From Myxococcales bacterium (GTDB taxonomy: Bacteria; Myxococcota; Myxococcia; Myxococcales; Anaeromyxobacteraceae): a DNA stretch of 64,000 nt. Below the pieces are notes generated by a model that was given only the letters and a program-made list of their open reading frames with translations, did no database searches and was not told where the DNA came from. Positions 49,616 to 59,149 of this stretch are shown here, piece by piece (the stretch's first letter is position 1; each line of letters starts with the position of its first letter). A program made the position numbers and the translations under genes. The stretch lies in contig JBBQEB010000003.1 of assembly GCA_038320275.1 (NCBI GenBank), positions 11,610 through 75,609 of the forward strand, given 5' to 3'.

Positions 49616-51270
49616 GTGCGGGCCGACCTCTCGCCCGACGGCGCCGGGCTCGGGTCGCGCTCGCTCACGCCGTACTTCCGCAGCTTCCCCTGAAGCGTGG
49701 TGGGCTTGAGGCCGAGGAGCGCGGCCGCGCCCTGCGGGCCGTACACTCTGCCGCCGCTCGCGGTCAGCGCGTGGCCGAGGAGCTGCCGCACCTGCTCGTC
49801 GAAGCGCCCCGGGGCGCCCTCCGCGCTCCGCTCCGCGCCGGGACCTCCGCCACCTCCAGCGCGGCCGCCACCCAGAGCTTCGCCGGGTTCGGCCCGCCCG
49901 CGGCCCGGGGAGGGGAGCACGAGCTCGTCTCCCGGCGAGAGGATGAGCGCTCTCTGCAGGTAGTTCTCCAGCTCGCGCACGTTCCCGGGCCATTCGAGCG
50001 CCTCCAGCAACGGCCATGCGTCCTCGGAGACCCGGGGCGGCCGCCGGTGCATGAGCGCAGCGTGCCGGGCGAGGAAGTAGGACGCGAGCGGCCGGATCTC
50101 CGCCCGCCGGGCCCGGAGGGGGGGAAGTTCCAGCGGAAAGACCGCCAGGCGATAGTACAGGTCCGAGCGAAACGTGCCCGCCGCGACCATCGCCTCGAGG
50201 TCGCGGTTCGTCGCCGCGACCACGCGAACGTCCACCTGGACGGAGCCCCCGCCGCCCACGCGCTGGATCTCGCGCTCCTGCAGGACGCGCAGGAGCCGCA
50301 CCTGCACCGATGGGGGTGCATCGCCCACCTCGTCGAGGAAGAGGGTCCCTCCCTCGGCCTGCTCGAAGCGCCCTGAGCGCCTCCGCACCGCTCCGGTGAA
50401 TGCGCCCTTCTCGTGCCCGAAGAGCTCGCTCTCGATGAGGCTGTCCGGCACCGCGCCCAGGTTCACCACCACGAAAGGCGCGCCGAACCGTGGAGACAGG
50501 TCGTGCACCATCCGTGCGAGCCCCTCCTTCCCGGTCCCCGTCTCGCCGCGGATGAGCACGGTCGTCATCGACGGCGCCACCAGCCGCACCCGCTCGAGGA
50601 CCCCCTTCATGCTCGGGCCCTCCGCGACGTAGCGCGCGTCGCGCTTCATCTGCCGGAGCTCCTCCTTGAGGAGCGTGTTCTCGCGGTCGAGGAGGCGGTT
50701 CAGGCGATGCACCTCCTCCACCATCAAGCTGTTGTGGAGGGCGATCGCGACGAGGTGCGCCACCTGCCGCGCCACCTGGAAGCAGCACTCGAGGAGCCCT
50801 TGCCGTGGGGGATGCGCAATGTCGAGCGCGCCCAGCGCCTCGCCCTCGAAGATCAGCGGAAAGGAGACGAGCGAGCCGTAGCCCAGCTCCGCCAGCCGGG
50901 GCTCCTCGCGAAAGCGCGGCCGATCCGCCAGGATCGGGTCCACGATGGTCGGCCGCCGCTCGGCGAGGGCGAGGCCTGCCGCCGAGCCAGCCAGCTCGAA
51001 GGTCCTGCCCACCTCGGTGGCCGGGTGGCGGGGATCGGAGACGAGCGCCACTCTCGCGGTGCCGGGCTCCCCCTCGACGAGGCGGTGGATCGCGACGCGG
51101 GTCGTCCCGAACCGCCGGTTGAGAAGGCGGCCGGTGCGCTCGAGCACTGCCTGCAGGTCGACCGTGGAGAGGACGGCCTCGATGGCCTCCTCGACGATGC
51201 GCTGGTGCGGATCGTGGGCGGGATGAAGGACGGGGACATCACTGGGGAGAATGGGCAGGGGGAGGGGCAT
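49606..51270 (-). CDS. GAF-domain sigma54-dependent transcriptional activator (FhlA/NorR architecture)
   Basis: GAF domain, GETGTGKE, ESELFGHEKGAFTGA, LFLDEVG, WPGNVREL, Fis-type HTH AAALLGLKPTTL. Confidence 0.92.
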   Translation of the reverse strand: MPLPLPILPSDVPVLHPAHDPHQRIVEEAIEAVLSTVDLQAVLERTGRLLNRRFGTTRVAIHRLVEGEPGTARVALVSDPRHPATEVGRTFELAGSAAGLALAERRPTIVDPILADRPRFREEPRLAELGYGSLVSFPLIFEGEALGALDIAHPPRQGLLECCFQVARQVAHLVAIALHNSLMVEEVHRLNRLLDRENTLLKEELRQMKRDARYVAEGPSMKGVLERVRLVAPSMTTVLIRGETGTGKEGLARMVHDLSPRFGAPFVVVNLGAVPDSLIESELFGHEKGAFTGAVRRRSGRFEQAEGGTLFLDEVGDAPPSVQVRLLRVLQEREIQRVGGGGSVQVDVRVVAATNRDLEAMVAAGTFRSDLYYRLAVFPLELPPLRARRAEIRPLASYFLARHAALMHRRPPRVSEDAWPLLEALEWPGNVRELENYLQRALILSPGDELVLPSPGRGRAEPGEALGGGRAGGGGGPGAERSAEGAPGRFDEQVRQLLGHALTASGGRVYGPQGAAALLGLKPTTLQGKLRKYGVSERDPSPAPSGERSARTCD

Positions 51271-51298
51271 GGTCGGTTCCTCGGTCCCGGCAAGGCGG

Positions 51299-51354
51299 CA
51301 CCCAAATGCCGTTGTCACCCAAATACGGTTGCCAGCGCCACCGGAATATGGGTG
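51299..51354. promoter_or_regulatory. Three imperfect palindromes CACCC-N6-GGGTG, putative activator binding sites
   Basis: CACCCaaatgcCGTTG (51299), CACCCaaatacGGTTG (51316), CACCGgaatatGGGTG (51339). Confidence 0.6.
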
Positions 51355-51403
51355 CAAGCGCGGAGGATGGCTTCAAGCGCTTGGAATCTCGACCGTCGGG
51401 GTA

Positions 51404-51419
51404 TGGCACGACCCTCGCT
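51404..51419 (+). promoter_or_regulatory. sigma54 (-24/-12) promoter of the hemerythrin/nos transcription unit
   Basis: TGGCACG-ACCC-TCGCT; one mismatch to TGGCACG-N4-TTGC; adjacent to a sigma54 activator gene. Confidence 0.78.
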
Positions 51420-51484
51420 TGCGAGTCCTCCACCGCCTTCCGCGCACGCCCGTTTCTGGCAGCGACCGCACCGGAGAACCGCAA

Positions 51485-52081
51485 ATGGATGCCATCGAGA
51501 CGTTGATGAACGAGCACCGCCTCATCGAGTCGGCATGCGGCGCGCTCACGGCCTTCGCTGACGAGGCCCGCCGCGCGAGCGCCGACGACAAGGCCGAGCT
51601 CGCGCGCTTCGTGACCTTCATCCGCGAATTCGCCGACGGACACCATCACGGGAAGGAGGAGGACATCCTCTTCGCAGCCATGATCGATGCGGGCTTCTCT
51701 CGCCAGGCCGGCCCGGTCGCCGTGATGCTCATGGAGCACGACCAAGGCCGCGCCTACATCCGCGCGCTCGGCGAGCTCGCAGTGAAGCAGGAGCCCTGGA
51801 GCTCGGAGGACCGCCAGCAGCTCGCCGGGGCGGCGCGCGGCTACGAGCAACTCCTTCGCGCCCACATCCACAAGGAAGACGTGATCCTCTATCCGATGGC
51901 CTGTCAGCGGCTCCCGCCCGAAGCGCTGGCCCGGGTCGATGCGGCTTGCGCCGCCTACGATGCGAAGCACGCCGCGAGCGACGGCGACCGGCTCGAGAAC
52001 CTCGCTGGCGAGCTCCTCGGGCGACACTCCAGTCCTGGCCGCGACGGGCCGGCTGCTCATCGCGTCGGGGGCTGCTGCTGA
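51485..52081 (+). CDS. Hemerythrin/HHE-domain protein
   Basis: NEHRLI, HHGKEEDILF, MEHDQGR, HIHKEDVILYP; GGAG RBS. Confidence 0.9.
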   Translation: MDAIETLMNEHRLIESACGALTAFADEARRASADDKAELARFVTFIREFADGHHHGKEEDILFAAMIDAGFSRQAGPVAVMLMEHDQGRAYIRALGELAVKQEPWSSEDRQQLAGAARGYEQLLRAHIHKEDVILYPMACQRLPPEALARVDAACAAYDAKHAASDGDRLENLAGELLGRHSSPGRDGPAAHRVGGCC

Positions 52082-52174
52082 TGCGACGCGGCGCATCCTG
52101 GGGGGGCGCGCGTCCTTCTGCCTCGCCCCTCAAGAGACGGCCGAACTCTCCGTAAAGGGCCCAGGCTCCCCGCA

Positions 52175-54136
52175 ATGTCCGTCCGCACTCGGCTCCCATC
52201 GCTGGAGGACTGGAAGCGACAGGTGAAATGCCAGGTCGGCTGCCCGGTCGAGACGGACGCCGGTCGATACGTGCAGCTCATCGCCGAAGGGCGCGACGAG
52301 GAGGCCTACCTCGTCGCCCGCGCGCCGAACCCTCTCGCCTCCGTGTGCGGTCGCGTCTGCGCCGCGCCGTGTGAGGACGCCTGCCGGCGGGGCAGCGTGG
52401 ACGCTCCCATCACCATTCGCGCCCTGAAGCGCACCGTCACCGAGAAGTTCGGCGTCGAGTCGATGCGGCCCGACACGCAGGACTCCCTGCTTCACGCGCT
52501 GGTGCGGGAGGGGAATCGCTACGCGGGTCACCTGCCGGTCCATCCGATCGATCCCGCCGCGGCGCCCAACCCGGCGCGTCGAAAGGTGGCGGTGGTGGGC
52601 TCCGGCCCGGCCGGCCTGGCCGCCGCTCACGACTTGGCCCTCCTCGGGTACGCCGTGACGTTGTTCGAGGGCTCGGACGAGCCCGGCGGCATGCTGCGCC
52701 ACGGCATCCCCGAGTACCGCCTGCCGCGCAGTCTGCTCCGGGCCGAGATCGACAAGATCCTCGCCCTGGGCGTCACCCTCGAGACGAAGCGTCCGCTCTT
52801 GCCCGGCTTCGGGCTGGCCGAGCTCCGCCTCGCCGGCTTCGAGGCGTTTTTCCTCTCCGTGGGCGTGCAGCAGGGGCGCGATCTGCAGGCGCCGGGGGTC
52901 GAGCTCGACGGCGTGGTGAAGGCTGTCGATTACCTGCTCAACGCGAACCGCGGCTTCCGCATGGACCTCGGGCGCCGGGTGGTCGTCATCGGCGGGGGCT
53001 TCGTCGCCTTCGACGCGGCCCGGACTGCCATCCGCGCCGCGCGCGACGACACCCCCTCAGCCCCGCCGGAGCTTCAAGGGGAATCCGATGCGCGCATGAA
53101 GGAAGCGATGGACTCGGCGCGCGAGGCGCTCCGCGGCGGGGCGAGTGAAGTCACCATCGTCTCCCTGGAATCCTTCGCCGAGATGCCCGTGCTCCGCACC
53201 GCGCAGGGGCACGAGGAGCTGGAGCAGGCGCAGCTCGAGGGCGTCTCGTTCAAGCCGCGGCGCGGGCCGAGGCGCTTTCTGGGCGAGGGGCACCTCCGCG
53301 CGGTGGAGCTGCGGCGGGTCACCTCGGTCTTCGACGCGAACGGCCGCTTCGCCCCACAGTACGACGACGCGGACGTGGAGACGCTCGAGGCGGATGCCTG
53401 CATCCTCGCCATCGGCCAGAAGCCGGATCTCGCCTTCCTGACGCCGGAGGATGGCGTCGCGCTCACTCCAGGAGGGACGATCCGGGTCGATCCGGAGACG
53501 CTCGCCACGAGCGCGGCCGGCGTGTTCGCGGGCGGGGACGTCGCCTTCGGGCCGCGCAACCTCATCGAGGCCGTCGCGAACGGGAAGAGGGCGGCGCGGT
53601 CCATCCACCGCCACCTGACGCCCGACCGGGCTCGCCTCGAGTCGGTGATCGACGTCGAGAAGCTCCCTACCCGCACCTATCGCATGATCGCCGGGTTCGA
53701 GCTGCTCGACCGGGAGAGCCCGCCCACGCTCCCGCTCGATCGCCGCACCGGCATCGCCGAGGTGGAGAGCGGCTTCTCGGACCTGGAGGCGAGGCAGCAG
53801 GCGGCGCGCTGCCTCGTCTGCCACGTGCAGACGATCTACGACCCGGAGAAGTGCGTCCTCTGCAACCGCTGCGTGGACGTCTGCCCCGAGTACTGCCTGG
53901 CGCTGGTGCCGCTCGAGGAGCTCGAGCTGCCGGAGGAGGAGCGCGCCGCCCTCGTCGCTGCCGCCGAGGCCGGCGGCTTCCCACTCTCCGCCATGATCAA
54001 GGACGACACGGCCTGCATCCGCTGTGGCCTGTGCGCGATCCGCTGCCCGACCGACGCCATGACCATGGAGCGCTTCACCATCACCGAGCGCTGGGCCCCC
54101 GCAGGCGGGGAGCCCGGCCGGAGGGATTCCGCATGA
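52175..54136 (+). CDS. GltD/Nfn large-subunit-like FAD/NAD(P)H oxidoreductase with N- and C-terminal 4Fe-4S domains
   Basis: CQVGCP, CGRVCAAPCEDAC, GSGPAG, GIPEYRLP, GGGFVAFD, FAGGD, CVLCNRCVDVCP, CIRCGLCAIRCP. Confidence 0.9.
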   Translation: MSVRTRLPSLEDWKRQVKCQVGCPVETDAGRYVQLIAEGRDEEAYLVARAPNPLASVCGRVCAAPCEDACRRGSVDAPITIRALKRTVTEKFGVESMRPDTQDSLLHALVREGNRYAGHLPVHPIDPAAAPNPARRKVAVVGSGPAGLAAAHDLALLGYAVTLFEGSDEPGGMLRHGIPEYRLPRSLLRAEIDKILALGVTLETKRPLLPGFGLAELRLAGFEAFFLSVGVQQGRDLQAPGVELDGVVKAVDYLLNANRGFRMDLGRRVVVIGGGFVAFDAARTAIRAARDDTPSAPPELQGESDARMKEAMDSAREALRGGASEVTIVSLESFAEMPVLRTAQGHEELEQAQLEGVSFKPRRGPRRFLGEGHLRAVELRRVTSVFDANGRFAPQYDDADVETLEADACILAIGQKPDLAFLTPEDGVALTPGGTIRVDPETLATSAAGVFAGGDVAFGPRNLIEAVANGKRAARSIHRHLTPDRARLESVIDVEKLPTRTYRMIAGFELLDRESPPTLPLDRRTGIAEVESGFSDLEARQQAARCLVCHVQTIYDPEKCVLCNRCVDVCPEYCLALVPLEELELPEEERAALVAAAEAGGFPLSAMIKDDTACIRCGLCAIRCPTDAMTMERFTITERWAPAGGEPGRRDSA

Positions 54137-54639
54137 GCGTTCGCCCCGACCGGCGCGAGTTCCTGAAGCGGGTAGGGATCGGCGTGGGAGTGGCCGCGAT
54201 GTGCGGGCAAGGCGCTGCGGCGCTGCGCTCCCTCGTGCCCAACGTCTCCTACGACGCCCCCACCACGGTCAAGATCGGCCCTCCGGCGGAGTACCCGGAG
54301 GGCATGAAATTCCTTCCCGAGCAGCGCCTCTTCGTCTTCCGACAGGGTCCGGTGTTCCACGCCATCTCCGCGGTCTGTACGCACCTCGGGTGCACCGTGC
54401 GAGCCGAGGCGCTGTCCAACGTGGAGACGCGCCAGGTGGGCGGCTCCCCGGTGAAGCTCACCCACCGCTTCCTCTGCCCCTGTCACGGGTCGCGCTACGA
54501 GGGCGACGGCGAGAACGTGGCCGGCCCCGCGCCGCGCCCGCTCGCCTGGTACGAGCTCTCCATCGCGACCGACGACGGCCAGCTCGTCGTCGATCTCGCG
54601 AAACCGGTGGAGCGCAGCTTTCGCCTCACCGTCGCCTGA
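54133..54639 (+). CDS. Rieske 2Fe-2S protein
   Basis: Tat motif DRREFLK; CTHLGC and CPCHGS. Confidence 0.93.
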   Translation: MSVRPDRREFLKRVGIGVGVAAMCGQGAAALRSLVPNVSYDAPTTVKIGPPAEYPEGMKFLPEQRLFVFRQGPVFHAISAVCTHLGCTVRAEALSNVETRQVGGSPVKLTHRFLCPCHGSRYEGDGENVAGPAPRPLAWYELSIATDDGQLVVDLAKPVERSFRLTVA

Positions 54640-54648
54640 GGAGCCGCC

Positions 54649-56004
54649 ATGGCCATCTCTCCCGAGGGTCCGGAGGTGCAGCCCAAGAGCGCTCCCGGAG
54701 TGCATCCGAGGCCGCTGTGGAGCCTCCGGCCCGCGTCCGACCGCGAGGCAGGCGACGCGGTGGTGGCGAACTTCCTCCTCCACTGGTTCCCTGTACGCGC
54801 CCTCGCGGACTCGCTCCGCTGGCGCTACTCGCTCTGGCTCGGGACGATCTCCGCGGCGCTCCTGGCGCTGCTCGTCCTCTCGGGCCTGCCGCTCCTTTTC
54901 CTGCACGTGCCCTCCGTCGAGCGCGCCTACGGCTCGGTGAAGGACATCGAGAACGTCGTCACCTTCGGGTCCTGGATCCGCTCCGTTCACCGCCTCTCCG
55001 CTCATTTCATGGTGGCGGTGGTCTTCCTGCACCTGGCGCGCGTCTTCCTCACCGGCGCGTACAAGAATGGGGTGGGGCGGGGGCAGCGCCGGGAGTGGAA
55101 CTGGGTCCTGGGCGTCCTCATGTTCCTGGTGACGCTCTTTCTCAGCTTCACCGGTTACCTCCTGCCCTGGGATCAGCTCGCGTACTGGGCGGTGACGGTG
55201 GGCACCAACATCGCCTCGGCGGTGCCGCTCGTCGGCGAGACCGTGCGCGAGCTCATGCTGGGCGGCCGCACCATCGACCAGCCCACCCTGACGCGCTTCG
55301 AGATGTTGCACGTCATCGTGCTCCCGGGCTTGCTGGCGGTGCTGTTCGCCTACCACATGTGGCGCATCCGAAAGGACGGCGGGCTCGCCAGCGCCGATGG
55401 CGCCGCCCTGCTGCCCGCGGCCGCGCCCGTCTCCGCCGCCGAGCGGGCCACGAAGACGTACACGCTGCTCGGTGTGGCGCGCGGCCAAGGGCCCCGCATC
55501 CGCGCCACCTCGCTCGAGCGCCCGGACGTCTCCGTGAGCTCGGTGCCCGACCTCACCCGGCGCATCGCCATCGTGATGCTGGGCACGTTCGCGGTGCTCT
55601 CCATCCTGGCGGTGTTCATCCACTCTCCGCTCGAGGAGCCGGCCAACGCCCTCGTCACGCCCAACCCCGCCAAGGCACCCTGGTACTTCCTCTGGCTGCA
55701 GGAGATCGTCACCGACACGACCATCCATCTCGGCTCCTTCACCATCAACGGCGCCTTCGTGGGCGGGGTCGTCCTTCCCGGGCTCCTCGTCGGGCTGATG
55801 CTGGTCTGGCCCTGGCTCGACCGGAGCCCGGCCGCGGCCGCCGGGCGCTGGTTCCCCCGCAGCCGGCGCACCCAGAACGTCGTGTTTCTCGCTCTCGTCG
55901 CGGTGGTCATCGTCCTCACCCTCATCGGCACGTTCGCGCGCGGCCCCTACTGGCGGCTCTACTGGCCCTGGCAGAGCTGGCCCGACATGCCGACCCGGTT
56001 CTGA
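54649..56004 (+). CDS. Cytochrome b of a Rieske/cytb complex (b and subunit IV fused)
   Basis: RSVHR..AH....FLHLARVF, FTGYLLPWDQLAYWA, LH....YH, KAPWYFL (PEWY equivalent). Confidence 0.92.
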   Translation: MAISPEGPEVQPKSAPGVHPRPLWSLRPASDREAGDAVVANFLLHWFPVRALADSLRWRYSLWLGTISAALLALLVLSGLPLLFLHVPSVERAYGSVKDIENVVTFGSWIRSVHRLSAHFMVAVVFLHLARVFLTGAYKNGVGRGQRREWNWVLGVLMFLVTLFLSFTGYLLPWDQLAYWAVTVGTNIASAVPLVGETVRELMLGGRTIDQPTLTRFEMLHVIVLPGLLAVLFAYHMWRIRKDGGLASADGAALLPAAAPVSAAERATKTYTLLGVARGQGPRIRATSLERPDVSVSSVPDLTRRIAIVMLGTFAVLSILAVFIHSPLEEPANALVTPNPAKAPWYFLWLQEIVTDTTIHLGSFTINGAFVGGVVLPGLLVGLMLVWPWLDRSPAAAAGRWFPRSRRTQNVVFLALVAVVIVLTLIGTFARGPYWRLYWPWQSWPDMPTRF

Positions 56005-56005
56005 C

Positions 56006-57271
56006 ATGGAACGGCGCACGATCTTTCCCGAAGCTCCCCGCGACCGGCTGCTGCTCGCCATGGTCGGACTCGTCCTCGTCGTCTCCACGGCGCTCTTCGT
56101 CTGGAGCGACCACGCCAAGGACTGGCGCTGGTACCAGGCGGAGTTCCGCAAGCGCGTGGCGGAGAAATTCGGCCAGGAGAAGGCCTCCACCGTCCCGGCG
56201 GGCATGAAGCAGCTCTGGGCGGCTGACCTGCGCCGGGCCGATCGCTGCGTCACCTGTCATCAGGCCACCGCCTGGAAGGGCTTCGAGGCGGCCGAGGAGC
56301 CCTTCCGCACGCACCCGCAGGAGGTGCTGCGGACGCACCCGGTCGAGCGGTTCGGCTGCACCGCCTGCCACGGGGGGGAAGGCTTCGCGGTCACCTCGGA
56401 GGACGCGCACGGCCCCACCCCGCACTGGGAGGAGCCGGTGCTCGGCACGACGCTCGGCGAGGCCTACTCCCTCGTGGGCGACAAGGGCGCCCTGCTGCAG
56501 ATGAACTGCAATATCTGCCACCGCTATGACCGCGAGACGAAGGGGGCCGCGGCCATCAACCTCGCGAAGAGGCTGGTGCGGGAGAAGGGCTGCCGCGCCT
56601 GCCACGTGGTGAACGGGCGTGGCGGCTCCATCGGGCCTGACCTCACCGAGGTGGGAGACAAGGCGCCCGAGCAGTACGACTACTCCCGCCTGCTCGGGCA
56701 GAAGACCTCGTACGCCTGGCACGTCGCCCACATCAAGGAGCCGAAGGCCGTCGTCCCCGACACGGTGATGCCGACCTTCGGCTTCTCCACCGCCGAGGCG
56801 CAGGCGCTCGCCATGCTCGTCATGTCCTGGCGGCGCGAGGCGCTCCCCGCCGCGTACCTGGCGGGCGCGCCCCGTGGGGAGCCGCAGACGGCGCGTGAGG
56901 TCGAGGAGGAGGCCATGATGAAGACAGGGCCGGGCGCCTGGTTCGTGAAGACGGGCTGCTACATCTGCCACAACGTCTCCTCGCTCGGAGTGAAGAGCCC
57001 GGCACAGATCGGCCCCGATCTCTCGCTGGCGGTGGAGGACGTGCAAGCGCGCTTTGGGCGCACCCTCGACGACTTCCTCGACACGCCCACCGGAACCATG
57101 TCCGTGGTGCTGTCGAGACAGATCATTCTCAGCAAGGACGAGAAGAAGGTCGCGGTGGGGAAGATCCGCGAGGCGTACGCCGAGTACCAGAAGCAGAAGG
57201 GCAAGGCCGCCGGTTCTGGGGCCACGAAGCGACCGGGCGACGAGCCCGCCCACGAGAGGAAGACCCCATGA
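56006..57271 (+). CDS. Membrane-anchored pentahaem cytochrome c
   Basis: N-terminal TM; five CxxCH motifs (CVTCH, CTACH, CNICH, CRACH, CYICH). Confidence 0.9.
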   Translation: MERRTIFPEAPRDRLLLAMVGLVLVVSTALFVWSDHAKDWRWYQAEFRKRVAEKFGQEKASTVPAGMKQLWAADLRRADRCVTCHQATAWKGFEAAEEPFRTHPQEVLRTHPVERFGCTACHGGEGFAVTSEDAHGPTPHWEEPVLGTTLGEAYSLVGDKGALLQMNCNICHRYDRETKGAAAINLAKRLVREKGCRACHVVNGRGGSIGPDLTEVGDKAPEQYDYSRLLGQKTSYAWHVAHIKEPKAVVPDTVMPTFGFSTAEAQALAMLVMSWRREALPAAYLAGAPRGEPQTAREVEEEAMMKTGPGAWFVKTGCYICHNVSSLGVKSPAQIGPDLSLAVEDVQARFGRTLDDFLDTPTGTMSVVLSRQIILSKDEKKVAVGKIREAYAEYQKQKGKAAGSGATKRPGDEPAHERKTP

Positions 57272-59130
57272 CCCAGAAGAGCACGCTCACCTGGACGGCG
57301 CTGGCGGCAGCGGGGATCCTGGCCGCGGGCTGCGCACCCTCAAAGCCGAAGAACACGCAGCAGGCCCGCGCCGGCGCGTCGGACATCAGCGTCGCGGCGG
57401 AGAAGACCTACGTCCCGCCGGGCGATCTCGACGAGTACTACATGTTCTCGTCAGGCGGGCACTCCGGGCAGATCTTCGTCTTCGGCCTGCCGTCCATGCG
57501 CCACCTCACCACCATCCCGGTGTTCACGCCCTATCCCGGCGTCGGCTACGGCTTCGACGACGACTCGAAGAAGATGCTGGGAGAGTACACCTGGGGCGAC
57601 GCCCACCATCCCGCGCTCTCGGAGACGAACGGCGACTACGACGGCCGCTGGCTCTTCATCAACGAGATGAACGGCCGGGTGGCGCGCATCGACCTGCGCG
57701 ACTTCAAGACGAAGCAGATCCTGGGCCCGGTGCCGAACATCTCCGGCAACCACGGCTCGGCCTTCGTCACGCCCAACACCGAGTACGCGATGATGTCCTC
57801 GCGCTTCTCGGTCCCCATCCCGCTCGGCACCTATGCGTCGATGGACAAGTACGCGAGCGAGTTCAAGGGCATCATCGCCGGCGTGAAGATCGACCCCAAG
57901 AGCGGGGAGATGTCGCTCGGCTGGGAGATCGTGACGCCGCCCTTCGACTGGGACCTGGGCGACGCCGGCAAGGGACCGTCCGACGGCTGGATGTTCTTCA
58001 CCTGCTACAACTCCGAGCGCGCGATCGGGAAGCTGGAGGTGACCGCCTCGCAGCGGGACCGCGACTACATCGCGGCGGTGAACTGGCGGGTGGCCGAGAA
58101 GGCGATCCAGGAGGGGAAGGGCAAGGACATCGGCGGCGCCAAGGTGCTGAACCCGCGCGACGTGCCGGGGCTCATGTACCTCATGCCGTGCGGCAAGTCC
58201 CCGCACGGCGTGGACGTGACGCCGGACGGCAAGTGGATCATCGGGTCGGGCAAGCTGCAGGGGGTCACCACCGCCTTCAACTTCGAGAAGGTCCAGACCG
58301 CCATCAAGAACAAGGACTTCACCGGCGACGAAGACGGGATCCCGGTGCTCAAGTACGAGTCCATCAAGGACGCCGAGGTCCCGGTGGGGCTGGGGCCGCT
58401 CCACACCCAGTTCGGCGGCGACGGCTACGCCTATACCTCCCTCTTCGTGGACAGCGCGGTGGCGAAGTGGAAGCTCGGCACCTGGGAGGTGGTGGACAGG
58501 ATCCCGGTCTCGTACTCGATCGGCCACCTCGCCGCCGCCGAGGGCGACAGCGCGCACCCGAAGGGCAAGTACCTCGTCGCGCTCAACAAGCTCTCGCACG
58601 GCCGGCACCTGTCGGTGGGTCCCTCGCAGCCGGAGAGCTCGCAGCTCATCGACATCACCGGCGAGAAGATGAAGCTCCTCTACGACGCCTTCACCGAGCC
58701 CGAACCGCACTACGCGCAGATCATCAAGGCCGACAAGCTCCACCCGATCGAGGTCTATCCCAAGGAGGAGAATCACCACCCGCTCGCGGTCTGGGACGTG
58801 AAGGACGCCGGCACGAAGCGCGACGGCACCAAGGTGGTGGTGAAGGTGGTGTTGGTGCGCTCCAGCATCACCCCGGCGGCAGTGGAGGTGAACCAGGGCG
58901 ATACCGTCACGTTCGCCATCACCAACATCGAGCAGACCACCGACGAGCTGCACGGCTTCGGCTTGCTCGGCTACAACAAGAACCTGGTCATCGACCCGGG
59001 CGAGACGAAGACCCTCACCATCGTGGCGGACAAGGCGGGAGTCTATCCGTACTACTGCACCAACTTCTGCTCCGCGCTCCACCAGGAGATGCAGGGTTAT
59101 CTCGTCGTGAAGCCCAAGGCGAAGAGGTGA
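57268..59130 (+). CDS. nosZ: Nitrous-oxide reductase, clade II (Sec/lipoprotein signal)
   Basis: SGGHSGQ, WGDAHHP, GNHG, SPHG, LGPLH, IGH, EPHY (CuZ); CTNFCSALHQEM (CuA); no Tat RR motif. Confidence 0.97.
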   Translation: MTQKSTLTWTALAAAGILAAGCAPSKPKNTQQARAGASDISVAAEKTYVPPGDLDEYYMFSSGGHSGQIFVFGLPSMRHLTTIPVFTPYPGVGYGFDDDSKKMLGEYTWGDAHHPALSETNGDYDGRWLFINEMNGRVARIDLRDFKTKQILGPVPNISGNHGSAFVTPNTEYAMMSSRFSVPIPLGTYASMDKYASEFKGIIAGVKIDPKSGEMSLGWEIVTPPFDWDLGDAGKGPSDGWMFFTCYNSERAIGKLEVTASQRDRDYIAAVNWRVAEKAIQEGKGKDIGGAKVLNPRDVPGLMYLMPCGKSPHGVDVTPDGKWIIGSGKLQGVTTAFNFEKVQTAIKNKDFTGDEDGIPVLKYESIKDAEVPVGLGPLHTQFGGDGYAYTSLFVDSAVAKWKLGTWEVVDRIPVSYSIGHLAAAEGDSAHPKGKYLVALNKLSHGRHLSVGPSQPESSQLIDITGEKMKLLYDAFTEPEPHYAQIIKADKLHPIEVYPKEENHHPLAVWDVKDAGTKRDGTKVVVKVVLVRSSITPAAVEVNQGDTVTFAITNIEQTTDELHGFGLLGYNKNLVIDPGETKTLTIVADKAGVYPYYCTNFCSALHQEMQGYLVVKPKAKR

Positions 59131-59149
59131 CGGGCTCTGGGAGCACCAC

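Noticed and set aside
54649..56004. b6-type covalent haem ci site in cytochrome b
   Set aside because: No Cys at the expected position before helix A (SLWLGTIS)
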